Shown here: piece after piece, positions 55,675 through 64,000 of the stretch
How the letters are laid out: each line of letters starts with the position of its first letter
How positions within the stretch are numbered: position 1 is the first letter of the stretch
Assembly (NCBI GenBank): GCA_900542425.1
Contig: UQNQ01000004.1
Location: forward strand, 46,856 to 110,855
Length of the DNA stretch: 64,000 nucleotides
Reading direction: 5' to 3'
Source of the DNA: an uncultured Eubacteriales bacterium
GTDB lineage: Bacteria; Bacillota; Clostridia; Oscillospirales; CAG-272
The notes under the pieces: generated by a model
What the model was told of the DNA's origin: nothing
Seen by the model: the letters and a program-made list of their open reading frames with translations, nothing else
Database searches by the model: none
Position numbers and translations under genes: made by a program

Positions 55675-56799
55675 ATGAATGCAAAATTGAAAGTAGGTTT
55701 TGTCGGCTGCGGAGGTATCGCAAACGGAAAACATTTTCCGGGTATGGAACAACAGAAAGATTATGCGGATATGGTTGCTTTCTGTGATATTGTGCGTGAA
55801 CGCGCGGAGCGTGCCGCAGCAAAATACGGTACGCCGGATGCCAAGGTTTACACCGATTACCGTGAGCTTCTTGCAGACAAAAGTATCGATGTGGTGTTTG
55901 TTTTGACACCCAACAATTCTCATGCGGAAATCACATGCGCTGCTTTGGAAGCAGGCAAGCACGTGCTTTGTGAGAAGCCGATGGCAGCGACGGAGGCGGA
56001 TGCGAGACGGATGCTGGAGGCTCGGGACAAGAGCGGGAAACTACTTACCATTGGTTATCAATACCGTCATTTTCCGGTCAATCAGGTTGCAAAGAAAACG
56101 ATCGATGACGGCTGGCTTGGTGATATTTATTATGCGGAATCTACTTATCTGCGCCGCCGCGGTGTTCCGACATGGGGCGTTTTCACGGATAAGTCAAAAC
56201 AGGGCGGCGGACCGCTGATCGATATCGGCACACATGCGCTTGACCTCACGCTTTTCCTTATGAATAATTATGATCCGCTGTATGTCGTGGGCACTTCGTT
56301 TGAAAAACTCGGACGGGCGCTGGATCCTGAACATCAGGGACAGACACGCCGTGATATGACGCCGGATTCATGGAATAATGAGACTTTTGATGTCGAGGAT
56401 TTTGCTGTTGGACAGATCAAAATGAAAAATGGTGCGGTCATCGATCTGAAGGCATCATGGGCGCTGAATATGGCTGCGGATGCCGGTGCTTTTGGCGATG
56501 CAAAAGTAAAGCTGTGCGGTATGAAAGGCGGCTTGGATACACATACCGGTATTGTCAGACTGAATCATGTGGTGGCAGGACAGCTTGCCATAACGGAAAT
56601 CGGGAAGAAGGTAGATGCTTATATTCCGGGCTTTACAAACGGAAAACCTCCGGTTTCACTCGAACACCAGATTTTTATAGAAGCCGTCCTCGGCAAACGT
56701 GACCTCTTTGTAACGGCTGATCAGGCATATGTTGTGACAAAGATTCTTGATGCAATCTACACCTCATCCAGAACCAACAAGCCGGTTTATTTTGATTGA
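55675..56799 (+). CDS. Gfo/Idh/MocA-family oxidoreductase
   Basis: The track ORF starts at 55660, inside the RBS. The ATG at 55675 follows GGAGGA. KVGFVGCGGIANGKH, LCEKPMA. Confidence 0.85.
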   Translation: MNAKLKVGFVGCGGIANGKHFPGMEQQKDYADMVAFCDIVRERAERAAAKYGTPDAKVYTDYRELLADKSIDVVFVLTPNNSHAEITCAALEAGKHVLCEKPMAATEADARRMLEARDKSGKLLTIGYQYRHFPVNQVAKKTIDDGWLGDIYYAESTYLRRRGVPTWGVFTDKSKQGGGPLIDIGTHALDLTLFLMNNYDPLYVVGTSFEKLGRALDPEHQGQTRRDMTPDSWNNETFDVEDFAVGQIKMKNGAVIDLKASWALNMAADAGAFGDAKVKLCGMKGGLDTHTGIVRLNHVVAGQLAITEIGKKVDAYIPGFTNGKPPVSLEHQIFIEAVLGKRDLFVTADQAYVVTKILDAIYTSSRTNKPVYFD

Positions 56800-56978
56800 T
56801 TGACGTCTGTACGCAAGGATATCTGGACAGGGCTGATACCGGAGAGGTGACAGAGCGGTTTGTCGCCGATAAGAATTTTTGGATGATATCAAAAACATCA
56901 TGCGACTGAAAACAAATCTGTAACCCGCCGCAGAGTATCCGGCGGAGCATAAAACGAATCACAAGGAGACAGAGAAAA

Positions 56979-57950
56979 ATGAAACTTGGAGTTTTGACCA
57001 ATGTAATTGGAGAAACGCCGCTTGCTGATGCGCTCGCCTATTTTAAAAGACTTGGTATACAGATGGTGGAGATTGGCTGCGGAGGATATCCCGGAAAACA
57101 GCACTGTGATCCTGATATTTTATTGAATGATCCGAGCGCTTTGGCGACTTTTCGGGAGACCATTCGCAATTCCGGAATGGAAATCAGCGCGCTCAGCTGT
57201 CATGGAAATCCCGTTCATCCGAATCATAAACTCGCTGAAAAATTTGACCGTGATATGAGAAATGCCGTTTTGATGGCGGAAGCGCTCGGTATCCATCAGA
57301 TCAACGGGTTCTCCGGTTGTCCCGGGGATTGTCCGGATTCCATGTATCCGAACTGGGTTGTCTGCGCGTGGCCGGATGACAACGCCAAAATTCTCGAATA
57401 CCAATGGAACGAAGTATTGATTCCGTATTGGAAAGATTTCGTTGCATTTGCAAAAGCACATGGTGTTGTGAAAATCGGATTGGAAATGCATCAGGCATTC
57501 TGCGTCTATAATACGGAAACGCTGCTTCGACTCCGTGAAGCAGTGGGACCGGAGATCGGCGCTAATCTTGACCCGTCTCATCTTATCTGGCAAGGAATGG
57601 ATCCGATTGCTGTTATCCGCAAGTTAGGCGGAGAGGCGATTTTCCATGTTCATGCGAAAGATACCAAGCTTGATGTTGCCAATGTTGCCGTCAACGGTGT
57701 TCTTGATTCGAAGTCTTATGCGGATGAAATTCATCGTTCTTGGATTTTCCGCAGTATCGGATATGGACACGATGAGCTTTTCTGGAAGGATTTTGTAAGT
57801 ACTTTGCGATTGGTAGGGTACGATTACGTGCTTAGCATTGAACATGAGGACAGCTTGCTCAGTAAAAACGAGGGGCTTGTCAAAGCTGTTGATGTGTTGA
57901 AGCGTGCGATTCCGTTTGAGGAAAAAATGTCTTCCATGAGATGGATTTGA
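56979..57950 (+). CDS. sugar phosphate isomerase/epimerase-like TIM barrel protein
   Basis: 323 aa. LGIQMVEIGCGGYPG, IGLEMH, FHVHAKD, LSIEHED. RBS AAGGAG. Confidence 0.8.
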   Translation: MKLGVLTNVIGETPLADALAYFKRLGIQMVEIGCGGYPGKQHCDPDILLNDPSALATFRETIRNSGMEISALSCHGNPVHPNHKLAEKFDRDMRNAVLMAEALGIHQINGFSGCPGDCPDSMYPNWVVCAWPDDNAKILEYQWNEVLIPYWKDFVAFAKAHGVVKIGLEMHQAFCVYNTETLLRLREAVGPEIGANLDPSHLIWQGMDPIAVIRKLGGEAIFHVHAKDTKLDVANVAVNGVLDSKSYADEIHRSWIFRSIGYGHDELFWKDFVSTLRLVGYDYVLSIEHEDSLLSKNEGLVKAVDVLKRAIPFEEKMSSMRWI

Positions 57951-58050
57951 AAAAACGGATACTTCCACAGGGCATTTGAAAGAACTTTAAGAGAATATGC
58001 TGCGATACGGTATAAAAGTTCGGATCGGTAGCATGTGCTTTATTCAATTC

Positions 58051-58082
58051 AAAAAGGACGGATTGTATGATCCGTCCTTTTT
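58051..58082 (+). terminator. rho-independent terminator
   Basis: AAAAAGGACGGA-ttgtatga-TCCGTCCTTTTT. Confidence 0.85.
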
Positions 58083-58177
58083 GCTTATAAAATGTTCGAC
58101 TTCTCGAACAAAATACTTGTAAAAGCATATATTATGTGCTATAATGTATTTGTAAATAAACAAAAGGAGATGATTTT

Positions 58178-58381
58178 TTGGAGGTAAGCTATAAGAAGCT
58201 TTGGAAGCTTTTGATCGATAAGGATTTGAAAAAGAGCGATATCCGAAAAATTCCGCTTAGTTCCAGTACCATCAGCAAATTAAATCATGGAGAGCTGGTA
58301 TCGCTTGAAATTCTGGTTAAAATATGCAGATTCCTCAAATGTGATATCGGAGATATCGTGGAGGTGCTTCCTGCATCCTAA
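58178..58381 (+). CDS. small XRE/Cro-like HTH protein
   Basis: 67 aa, TTG start after AAAAGGAG. KKLWKLLIDKDLKKSDIRK...SSSTISKLNHGELVSLEILVKICRFLKCDIGDIV. Confidence 0.75.
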   Translation: MEVSYKKLWKLLIDKDLKKSDIRKIPLSSSTISKLNHGELVSLEILVKICRFLKCDIGDIVEVLPAS

Positions 58382-58465
58382 CCATTTTTAAAAGAAAAAG
58401 GAGAGAAGATAAGTGACCGGAAAGCGAAAGAGAAGTCGCTTTCTCAGAAAGGACATGATTGGTTT

Positions 58466-59596
58466 ATGAAAATATCAATTATATGTGATGTGCTGGGAGC
58501 AGAAAACAACGGTACAACGATTGCGGCGATGAATCTTATCAGAAGTCTCAAGGCAAAGGGACACGATGTAAAAGTGGTATGTCCGGATGAGGATAAACGA
58601 GGAATAGATGGCTATTATGTGGTCTCTAAATATAATTTCGGTCCTTTGAACAACTATGTTGAGAAAAACGGGGTATCTCTTGCAAAACCGGATGAAGAAA
58701 TTTTAAGAGAGGTCATTACAGGTGCCGATGTTGTGCATATTCTGGTGCCTTTTGCGCTTGGACATGCAGCGGCAGAAATTGCGACTGAAATGAAAATTCC
58801 CGTTACAGCAAGTTTCCATTGCCAAGCGGAAAATTTTACAAACCATATTTTTTTAATGAATTCCGATATTGCCAATCGCGCGGTCTACCGTTTTTTCTAT
58901 AAGCATGTATACCGCATGTGTTCAGCGATTCATTATCCGACAAAATTTATTTGCGACGTATTTGAAAACGAAGTCGGTCCTACGCCTCACTATATTATTT
59001 CCAACGGGGTAAATAAAATGTTTCGGTATCATCCGGTGGAAAAGCCGGAATCGATGAAGGACGAATTTTTTGTTATGTTTACGGGACGCTATAGCAGAGA
59101 GAAATCACATAAAGTACTGATTGACGCTGTGGCACAATCCAAGTATCGGGATAAAATCCGTCTGATTTTAGCGGGGGCAGGGCCTTTAGAGGAGAAATTG
59201 AGGGAATACGCAAAAGAGAAGCTTACTTTGTTTCCCATATTCAAATTTTATTCAAGGGAAGAGCTGATTCGTGTTTTAAATCAGGCGGATTTATATGTTC
59301 ATCCGGCAGAAATTGAAATCGAAGCGATTTCCTGTCTGGAGGCGATGGTACCTGTCATTGCTGATTCTCCGCGCAGTGCTACTCGGTATTTTGCACTGAC
59401 AGAGGATAACCTATTTCATTATAATGATTCCGCATCTCTTGCCGAGAAAATTGATTTTTGGATTGAAAATCCGGAAAGAAGAAGAGCAATGCGCGATCAG
59501 TATCTTGGATATTCTGAACAGTTTGATTTTGATGTTTGTATGGATCGGATGGAACATATGCTTTTAACGGCAGCTGAAAAAGGTGCGCTTGTATAA
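58466..59596 (+). CDS. glycosyltransferase family 4 (GT-B)
   Basis: 376 aa. GAENNGTT N-terminal domain. C-terminal FTGRYSREK...AGAGP...ADLYVHPAEIE.EAISCLEAM. Confidence 0.85.
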   Translation: MKISIICDVLGAENNGTTIAAMNLIRSLKAKGHDVKVVCPDEDKRGIDGYYVVSKYNFGPLNNYVEKNGVSLAKPDEEILREVITGADVVHILVPFALGHAAAEIATEMKIPVTASFHCQAENFTNHIFLMNSDIANRAVYRFFYKHVYRMCSAIHYPTKFICDVFENEVGPTPHYIISNGVNKMFRYHPVEKPESMKDEFFVMFTGRYSREKSHKVLIDAVAQSKYRDKIRLILAGAGPLEEKLREYAKEKLTLFPIFKFYSREELIRVLNQADLYVHPAEIEIEAISCLEAMVPVIADSPRSATRYFALTEDNLFHYNDSASLAEKIDFWIENPERRRAMRDQYLGYSEQFDFDVCMDRMEHMLLTAAEKGALV

Positions 59597-59701
59597 AGAT
59601 GAAATAACACTTGCGTGCCACTCCCATTTTACGGATGATGCCGGAACAATACCTGAAAGAAAAACAGAAAAAAGCTGTAGTTTGCAATTTTCAGAAAAAT
59701 T

Positions 59702-59745
59702 CAGAGCTGTCCGCGGAATGACCCGCGGACAGCTCTGTTTGGTTT
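59702..59745 (+). terminator. rho-independent terminator
   Basis: CAGAGCTGTCCGCGG-aatgac-CCGCGGACAGCTCTG followed by TTTGGTTT. Confidence 0.8.
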
Positions 59746-59784
59746 GAGCAAACGAAAAAATTCAGAAAAATCCGTTCTTTTCTC

Positions 59785-59813
59785 TTGACTTTATCGTGAT
59801 AGTGTGATAAAAT
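59785..59813 (+). promoter_or_regulatory. his operon promoter
   Basis: TTGACT, 17-nt spacer with TGa, TAAAAT. Confidence 0.6.
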
Positions 59814-59846
59814 GCTAATATGATTGAAAAATTGGAGCGATTGAAT

Positions 59847-60974
59847 ATGATACTGGATGAAACGGTACTGAAAAGCGAAGAGCAAGCGGTATTTGAGCTG
59901 CGTGCGCTTTACAGAAAATACGGATATGTCCGATATAAGATGAGTAAATTTGAGGAATATGACCTTTATGTCAGAAACAAAGACTTCCTTGTGGGAGACG
60001 GCGTGATTACGTTTACCGACACAGATGGCAAGCTTCTTGCTTTAAAACCTGACGTGACGTTGTCGATTATGAAAAACTCCAAGGATATCCCCGGAATAAC
60101 GCAAAAGGTTTATTATAATGAGAGCGTTTACCGGATTTCAAAAAATACGCATACCTTTAAGGAAATTGTGCAAACCGGACTTGAATGCATAGGGGATATC
60201 GACATTTATTCAATGGCCGAAGTGGTCATGCTTGCCGTGAAAAGCCTTGCAGCTGTCAGCAGCGCGTATATCCTCGATCTTTCCCATATGGGAATCATTT
60301 CCGCGATGGTCGATGCTATTCCGGCATCGGAAGAGGAGAAAGCGCGTATTATCCGTTGTATCGGGGAAAAAAATGTACATGAAATGCGGGAAATCTGTAC
60401 CGGATGCGGCGCATCGGATGAACTTACAGAAAAGCTTGCTTTGTTGATTGGCATTTATGGAAAGCCACAGGAAGTATTTCCGAAATTACGTACCGTTTGT
60501 ATGGATTCCGCTTCTGCTTGTGCGCTAAATGAGCTGGAAACCATCGTTGCGTCGCTGGAATCAATTGGCTGCGCACAGGGAGTACGCATCGATTTTTCCG
60601 TTGTAAACGACATGAATTATTACAGCGGCGTTGTATTCCGCGGATTTGTAGACGGTATCCCTGAGGGGATTCTTTCCGGCGGACGATATGACAAGCTGAT
60701 GCGCAAGATGGGGCGGAAGTCCGGAGCAATTGGCTTTGCTGTCTATTTGGATATGCTTGAGAGACTTGACCGGCGGATAGACGAGTTTGATGTCGATACC
60801 GTTTTGCTGTACGATGAGAACACAGATGTGGGAGCGCTTATGAAAGCCGTAACCCGTTTGACCGAGGACGGAAAAAGCGTTCTTGCTGAAAAAACTATGC
60901 CGGAACATATCCGCGCCGGGCAAATTGTGAGATTGGAAATGAAAGGGGGCGGCAGCGTTGAACAGCATGATTAA
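59847..60974 (+). CDS. hisZ: ATP phosphoribosyltransferase regulatory subunit HisZ
   Basis: The track ORF starts at 59820, only 7 nt after the -10. The ATG at 59847 follows GGAG by 9 nt. Class-II aaRS-like (FELRALYRKYGY, LKPDVTLS, YYSGVVFRG). Confidence 0.85.
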   Translation: MILDETVLKSEEQAVFELRALYRKYGYVRYKMSKFEEYDLYVRNKDFLVGDGVITFTDTDGKLLALKPDVTLSIMKNSKDIPGITQKVYYNESVYRISKNTHTFKEIVQTGLECIGDIDIYSMAEVVMLAVKSLAAVSSAYILDLSHMGIISAMVDAIPASEEEKARIIRCIGEKNVHEMREICTGCGASDELTEKLALLIGIYGKPQEVFPKLRTVCMDSASACALNELETIVASLESIGCAQGVRIDFSVVNDMNYYSGVVFRGFVDGIPEGILSGGRYDKLMRKMGRKSGAIGFAVYLDMLERLDRRIDEFDVDTVLLYDENTDVGALMKAVTRLTEDGKSVLAEKTMPEHIRAGQIVRLEMKGGGSVEQHD

Positions 60975-61614
60975 CATTGCGCTTCCCAAAGGCAGGCTTG
61001 GCGAGACAGTATATTCGATGTTTGAGCGTGCCGGGTTTGATTGTCCCGCTATACGGGAACCCGGCAGACGCTTGATTTTTGAAAATCAGGAAAAGGGACT
61101 TCGCTTTTTTTGGGTAAAGCCGTCGGATGTGGCGATTTACGTGGAACGAGGAGCGGCGGATATTGGAGTGGCTGGTAAGGATATTTTGCTTGAATATTTG
61201 CCGGATGTATACGAGCTTCTTGATCTTGGAGTCGGAATATGCCGTATGGCAGTCGCTGCAAAACAAGGTTTCCGAGATGATACGAGCAGAACGCTGCGGG
61301 TTGCGACAAAGTTTGCCAATATTACAAAAGCGTATTATGCGGAGCGATGCCGTGACATTGATATCATTCATTTGAACGGTTCCATTGAACTTGCGCCGAT
61401 TCTGGGACTTTCCGATGTTATTGTCGATATTGTGGAAACAGGAAAAACGCTGGCGGAAAATCACTTGGAAACGATTGAAACCGTGGTTCCCATCAGTGCA
61501 AGACTCATTGCCAACAAGGCAGATTTTAAATTTAAATATGAGAAAATCGAGCAAATGGTGCAGGGACTTTCTTCGGTAATTGCGGAAAATGCTGTGTCAT
61601 GCGGAAAAGGATAA
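60958..61614 (+). CDS. hisG: ATP phosphoribosyltransferase HisG (short form)
   Basis: 218 aa. INIALPKGRL, DIGVAGKD, DIVETGKTL. Overlaps hisZ. Confidence 0.9.
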   Translation: MNSMINIALPKGRLGETVYSMFERAGFDCPAIREPGRRLIFENQEKGLRFFWVKPSDVAIYVERGAADIGVAGKDILLEYLPDVYELLDLGVGICRMAVAAKQGFRDDTSRTLRVATKFANITKAYYAERCRDIDIIHLNGSIELAPILGLSDVIVDIVETGKTLAENHLETIETVVPISARLIANKADFKFKYEKIEQMVQGLSSVIAENAVSCGKG

Positions 61615-61623
61615 GGAGAAAAT

Positions 61624-62901
61624 ATGATTCGGATTCTGGATTATAAGGAAGTATCAAAAGAACAGATTTTATCCCGCGCGGTTCCTGCGGTAGATGTTAC
61701 CGGGATTGTTACAGATATTATTTCGCAGGTTCGTACCCGCAGGGACGCGGCACTCAGGGAATACTCAGAACGTTTCGATAAAGTGAAGCTGTCATCGTTT
61801 GAGGTGACGGCGGAGGAAATGCTTGAGGCGGAATCCTCGGTGGATCCGGAATTCATCCGGATTTTAAGTGAAGCTGCGGAAAATATCCGCGCATTTCATC
61901 GCAGACAGGTGCGGGATGGTTTCCTTATAAATGAAAAAAACGGCGTTATCATGGGACAAAAGGTGATTCCGATTGAGAAAGTAGGGCTTTATGTTCCCGG
62001 AGGTACGGCGGCATATCCTTCTACCGTTCTTATGGACAGCATTCCCGCAAAAATTGCCGGATGCCCGGAACTGATTATGGTAACACCGCCCGGAAAAGAC
62101 GGAAAGGTAAACGCTGCGATTCTTGCGGCGGCACGAATCGCGGGAGTTGACCGGATTTTCAAACTTGGCGGTGCGCAAGCGGTAGCGGCGCTTGCTTACG
62201 GAACGGAAAGCGTTCCGTCTGTTGACAAAATTGTAGGTCCGGGAAATGCGTTTGTTGCGGAGGCGAAACGTCAGGTATTCGGGAAGGTGGCAATTGATAT
62301 GATTGCCGGTCCGTCTGAAATCCTCATTGTCGCTGACGGAACATGTGAGCCTGCTATCGTCGCGGCAGACATGCTTTCGCAGGCAGAACATGACAGGCTT
62401 GCATCCGCTGTTTTGGTGACGGACAGCCGTGCGCTTGCTGCGGTGGTTTCAGATGAACTTGAGCGGCAGCTGGCAGTCCTTCCGCGCAAAGAAATTGCAA
62501 GAGAATCCATTGATCAAAACGGAAAAATTATCATAACGGAAACCATTTGTGAGGCTATCGGCATTGCGAATGAAATTGCACCGGAGCATTTAGAGCTTTG
62601 CCTGGATCATCCTTTTGACTATCTGGATCAGATCCGCAATGCCGGTTCCATCTTCATGGGAAAGAACTGCCCTGAAGCGCTCGGGGATTATTTGGCAGGA
62701 CCGAATCATACGCTGCCGACGAGCGGAACTGCGCGGTTTTCCAGTCCGCTTTCCGTTGATGATTTTGTAAAAAAATCACAGTACACGTATTTTACGCGGG
62801 AAGCGCTTGCCGGTGTGGCAGAGGACATTGCATACTTTGCAGAGAAAGAAGGATTGTCCGGACACGCAAGAAGCGCTATGTCCCGATTCCGTAAGCCTTA
62901 A
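61624..62901 (+). CDS. hisD: histidinol dehydrogenase
   Basis: 425 aa. GGAQAVAALAYGTES, IVGPGNAFVAEAKR, IDMIAGPSE, SQAEHD, APEHLEL. Confidence 0.95.
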   Translation: MIRILDYKEVSKEQILSRAVPAVDVTGIVTDIISQVRTRRDAALREYSERFDKVKLSSFEVTAEEMLEAESSVDPEFIRILSEAAENIRAFHRRQVRDGFLINEKNGVIMGQKVIPIEKVGLYVPGGTAAYPSTVLMDSIPAKIAGCPELIMVTPPGKDGKVNAAILAAARIAGVDRIFKLGGAQAVAALAYGTESVPSVDKIVGPGNAFVAEAKRQVFGKVAIDMIAGPSEILIVADGTCEPAIVAADMLSQAEHDRLASAVLVTDSRALAAVVSDELERQLAVLPRKEIARESIDQNGKIIITETICEAIGIANEIAPEHLELCLDHPFDYLDQIRNAGSIFMGKNCPEALGDYLAGPNHTLPTSGTARFSSPLSVDDFVKKSQYTYFTREALAGVAEDIAYFAEKEGLSGHARSAMSRFRKP

Positions 62902-62925
62902 CAAAAATAGGAAAGTGTCGATGAT

Positions 62926-64000
62926 ATGAGCAGATTTTTTAGCAGTAAATATCAAAATTTAAAGGCATATACGCCCGGTGAACAACCGCGCGGAATGCGG
63001 TATATCAAGCTAAATACCAATGAATCGCCGTATCCGCCGTCGGAGAGCGTTCGGGCGGCAGTCGCGGAAGAAAGCGGTCGACTTGCCCTCTATTCCGATC
63101 CGGAATGCACGGATCTAATAGCGACAGCCGCTGCCCGTTTTGGTGTAGAACCGGACGAAATCCTGATGTCCAATGGCTCAGATGAAATCCTGAATTTTGC
63201 TTTTATGGCATTTTCTGATGCGGCGCATCCCGTGGTATTTCCGGATATCACCTATGGGTTTTATCCGGTTTTTGCGCAGCTTTCCGGAATTCCGTATGAG
63301 ACAATTCCTCTAATGCCTGATTTTTCGATCCGGATATCCGATTATATGGGAATCGGGAGAAATATTGTGATTGCCAATCCCAATGCACCGACCGGACTTG
63401 CCCTTCCGGTTTCCGATATTGAAAAGATTGTTTCCTCAAATCCTGGGAATGTCGTGGTGATTGATGAAGCGTATGTAGATTTCGGAGCGGAAAGCACGGT
63501 ACCGCTTATCCGGAAGTATCCGAATTTGCTGGTAACGGGAACTTTCTCCAAGTCCCGCAGTATGGCGGGTGCAAGGCTTGGATTCGGTATAGGAGACCGC
63601 GCGCTTATTCGGGATTTGAAAACTATGCAGTATTCGACCAATCCGTATAACGTCAATCGTATGACGGCGGCGGCAGGGAAAGCGGCTTTGCTTGATGACG
63701 GATATTATATGGAGAATTGCCGGAAAATTGAGCGTACCCGTGAAAAAACCAAACAGGAGCTGGAGTCTTTAGGGTTTCATGTGACAAATTCCAAAGCCAA
63801 TTTTCTGTTTGCCGGCTCTGACCGGATCGGCGGAGAAGAACTGTACCTTGAACTGAAACAGCGTGGTATTCTTGTCCGTCACTTTGATGGGGAACGGATC
63901 CGGAACTATAACCGCATCACAATTGGAACACCGGAGCAAATGGCTGCGTTTCTTGCTGCGGTAAAAGAAATTTTAGCTGAAAGAAAAGCGGAGGTTTATG
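62926..64000 (+). CDS. hisC: histidinol-phosphate aminotransferase, C-terminally truncated by window end
   Basis: Absent from the ORF track because there is no stop in the window. ATG 62926, MSRFFSSKYQNLKAYTPGEQP..IKLNTNESPYPPS...NPNAPTG...DEAYVDF...TFSKSRSMAGARLG. The frame stays open to position 64000. Confidence 0.85.
   Translation, partial: MSRFFSSKYQNLKAYTPGEQPRGMRYIKLNTNESPYPPSESVRAAVAEESGRLALYSDPECTDLIATAAARFGVEPDEILMSNGSDEILNFAFMAFSDAAHPVVFPDITYGFYPVFAQLSGIPYETIPLMPDFSIRISDYMGIGRNIVIANPNAPTGLALPVSDIEKIVSSNPGNVVVIDEAYVDFGAESTVPLIRKYPNLLVTGTFSKSRSMAGARLGFGIGDRALIRDLKTMQYSTNPYNVNRMTAAAGKAALLDDGYYMENCRKIERTREKTKQELESLGFHVTNSKANFLFAGSDRIGGEELYLELKQRGILVRHFDGERIRNYNRITIGTPEQMAAFLAAVKEILAERKAEVY

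Noticed and set aside
59597-59846. His-specific T-box or attenuator upstream of hisZ
   Set aside because: There is no GGTGGTACCGCG-type T-box sequence, no AGAGA bulge and no His-codon-rich leader peptide. The only strong hairpin (59702-59745) is the terminator of the upstream glycosyltransferase gene and lies before the promoter.
1-64000. CRISPR arrays, tandem repeats, rRNA and tRNA genes, and defence-system genes (restriction, Cas, reverse transcriptase, toxin-antitoxin nucleases)
   Set aside because: I recognised none on either strand by eye. I could not run tRNAscan, repeat finders or HMM searches, so short or degenerate elements could have been missed.

Overview
The window looks like a chromosomal segment of a spore-forming Firmicute. 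I judge it Clostridia, probably Oscillospiraceae/Ruminococcaceae-like, from gene content, GGAGG ribosome-binding sites and T-box leaders. I could not check the taxon. Coding density is about 88 percent. I saw no rRNA or tRNA genes, no CRISPR array, and no integrase, transposase or phage genes. All calls come from reading the sequence and the ORF track by eye; no searches, folding or covariance models were run.

Contents in order:
- A truncated citrate synthase divergent from a LysR regulator.
- An hfs/HydS-type sensory [FeFe]-hydrogenase operon. It encodes a kinase, two thioredoxin-like ferredoxins, HydS-PAS, a PP2C phosphatase and a second hydrogenase.
- A DtxR-family repressor divergent from feoA-feoA-feoB, plus a 57-aa Cys-rich ORF that the track missed.
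- A glycan-utilisation cluster: a GH31-like hydrolase, GH130, GH29 and an AraC regulator.
- HAD, membrane and PAP2 genes, then pyk and a lipoprotein.
- Two divergent T-box-controlled operons. One has a Leu (CUC) specifier and controls a degenerate LeuA paralogue plus a TIM-barrel::acyl-CoA ligase fusion. The other has an Ile (AUC) specifier and controls an HTH-cupin::acyl-CoA synthetase, a P-loop ATPase and a four-subunit 2-oxoacid:ferredoxin oxidoreductase.
- An XRE-TPR regulator with an ABC exporter, a DUF951 gene and a mini P-loop protein.
- A 22-Cys protein flanked by two inverted paralogous XRE regulators.
- A preQ1-I riboswitch with queT, a second GH29, a TIM-barrel gene, sigG, ttcA-like, pgi, comEC, greA, an SGNH hydrolase and a two-component system.
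- An alternating Gfo/Idh/MocA and TIM-barrel four-gene cluster, then an XRE gene, a GT4 glycosyltransferase and hisZGDC (hisC truncated at the window end).

The most interesting candidate is the paired Leu/Ile T-box locus at 22080-33664. I interpret it as a tRNA-charging-controlled route from branched short-chain fatty acids to branched-chain amino acids by acyl-CoA activation and reductive carboxylation. It also carries several unusual domain fusions and a LeuA pseudoenzyme.
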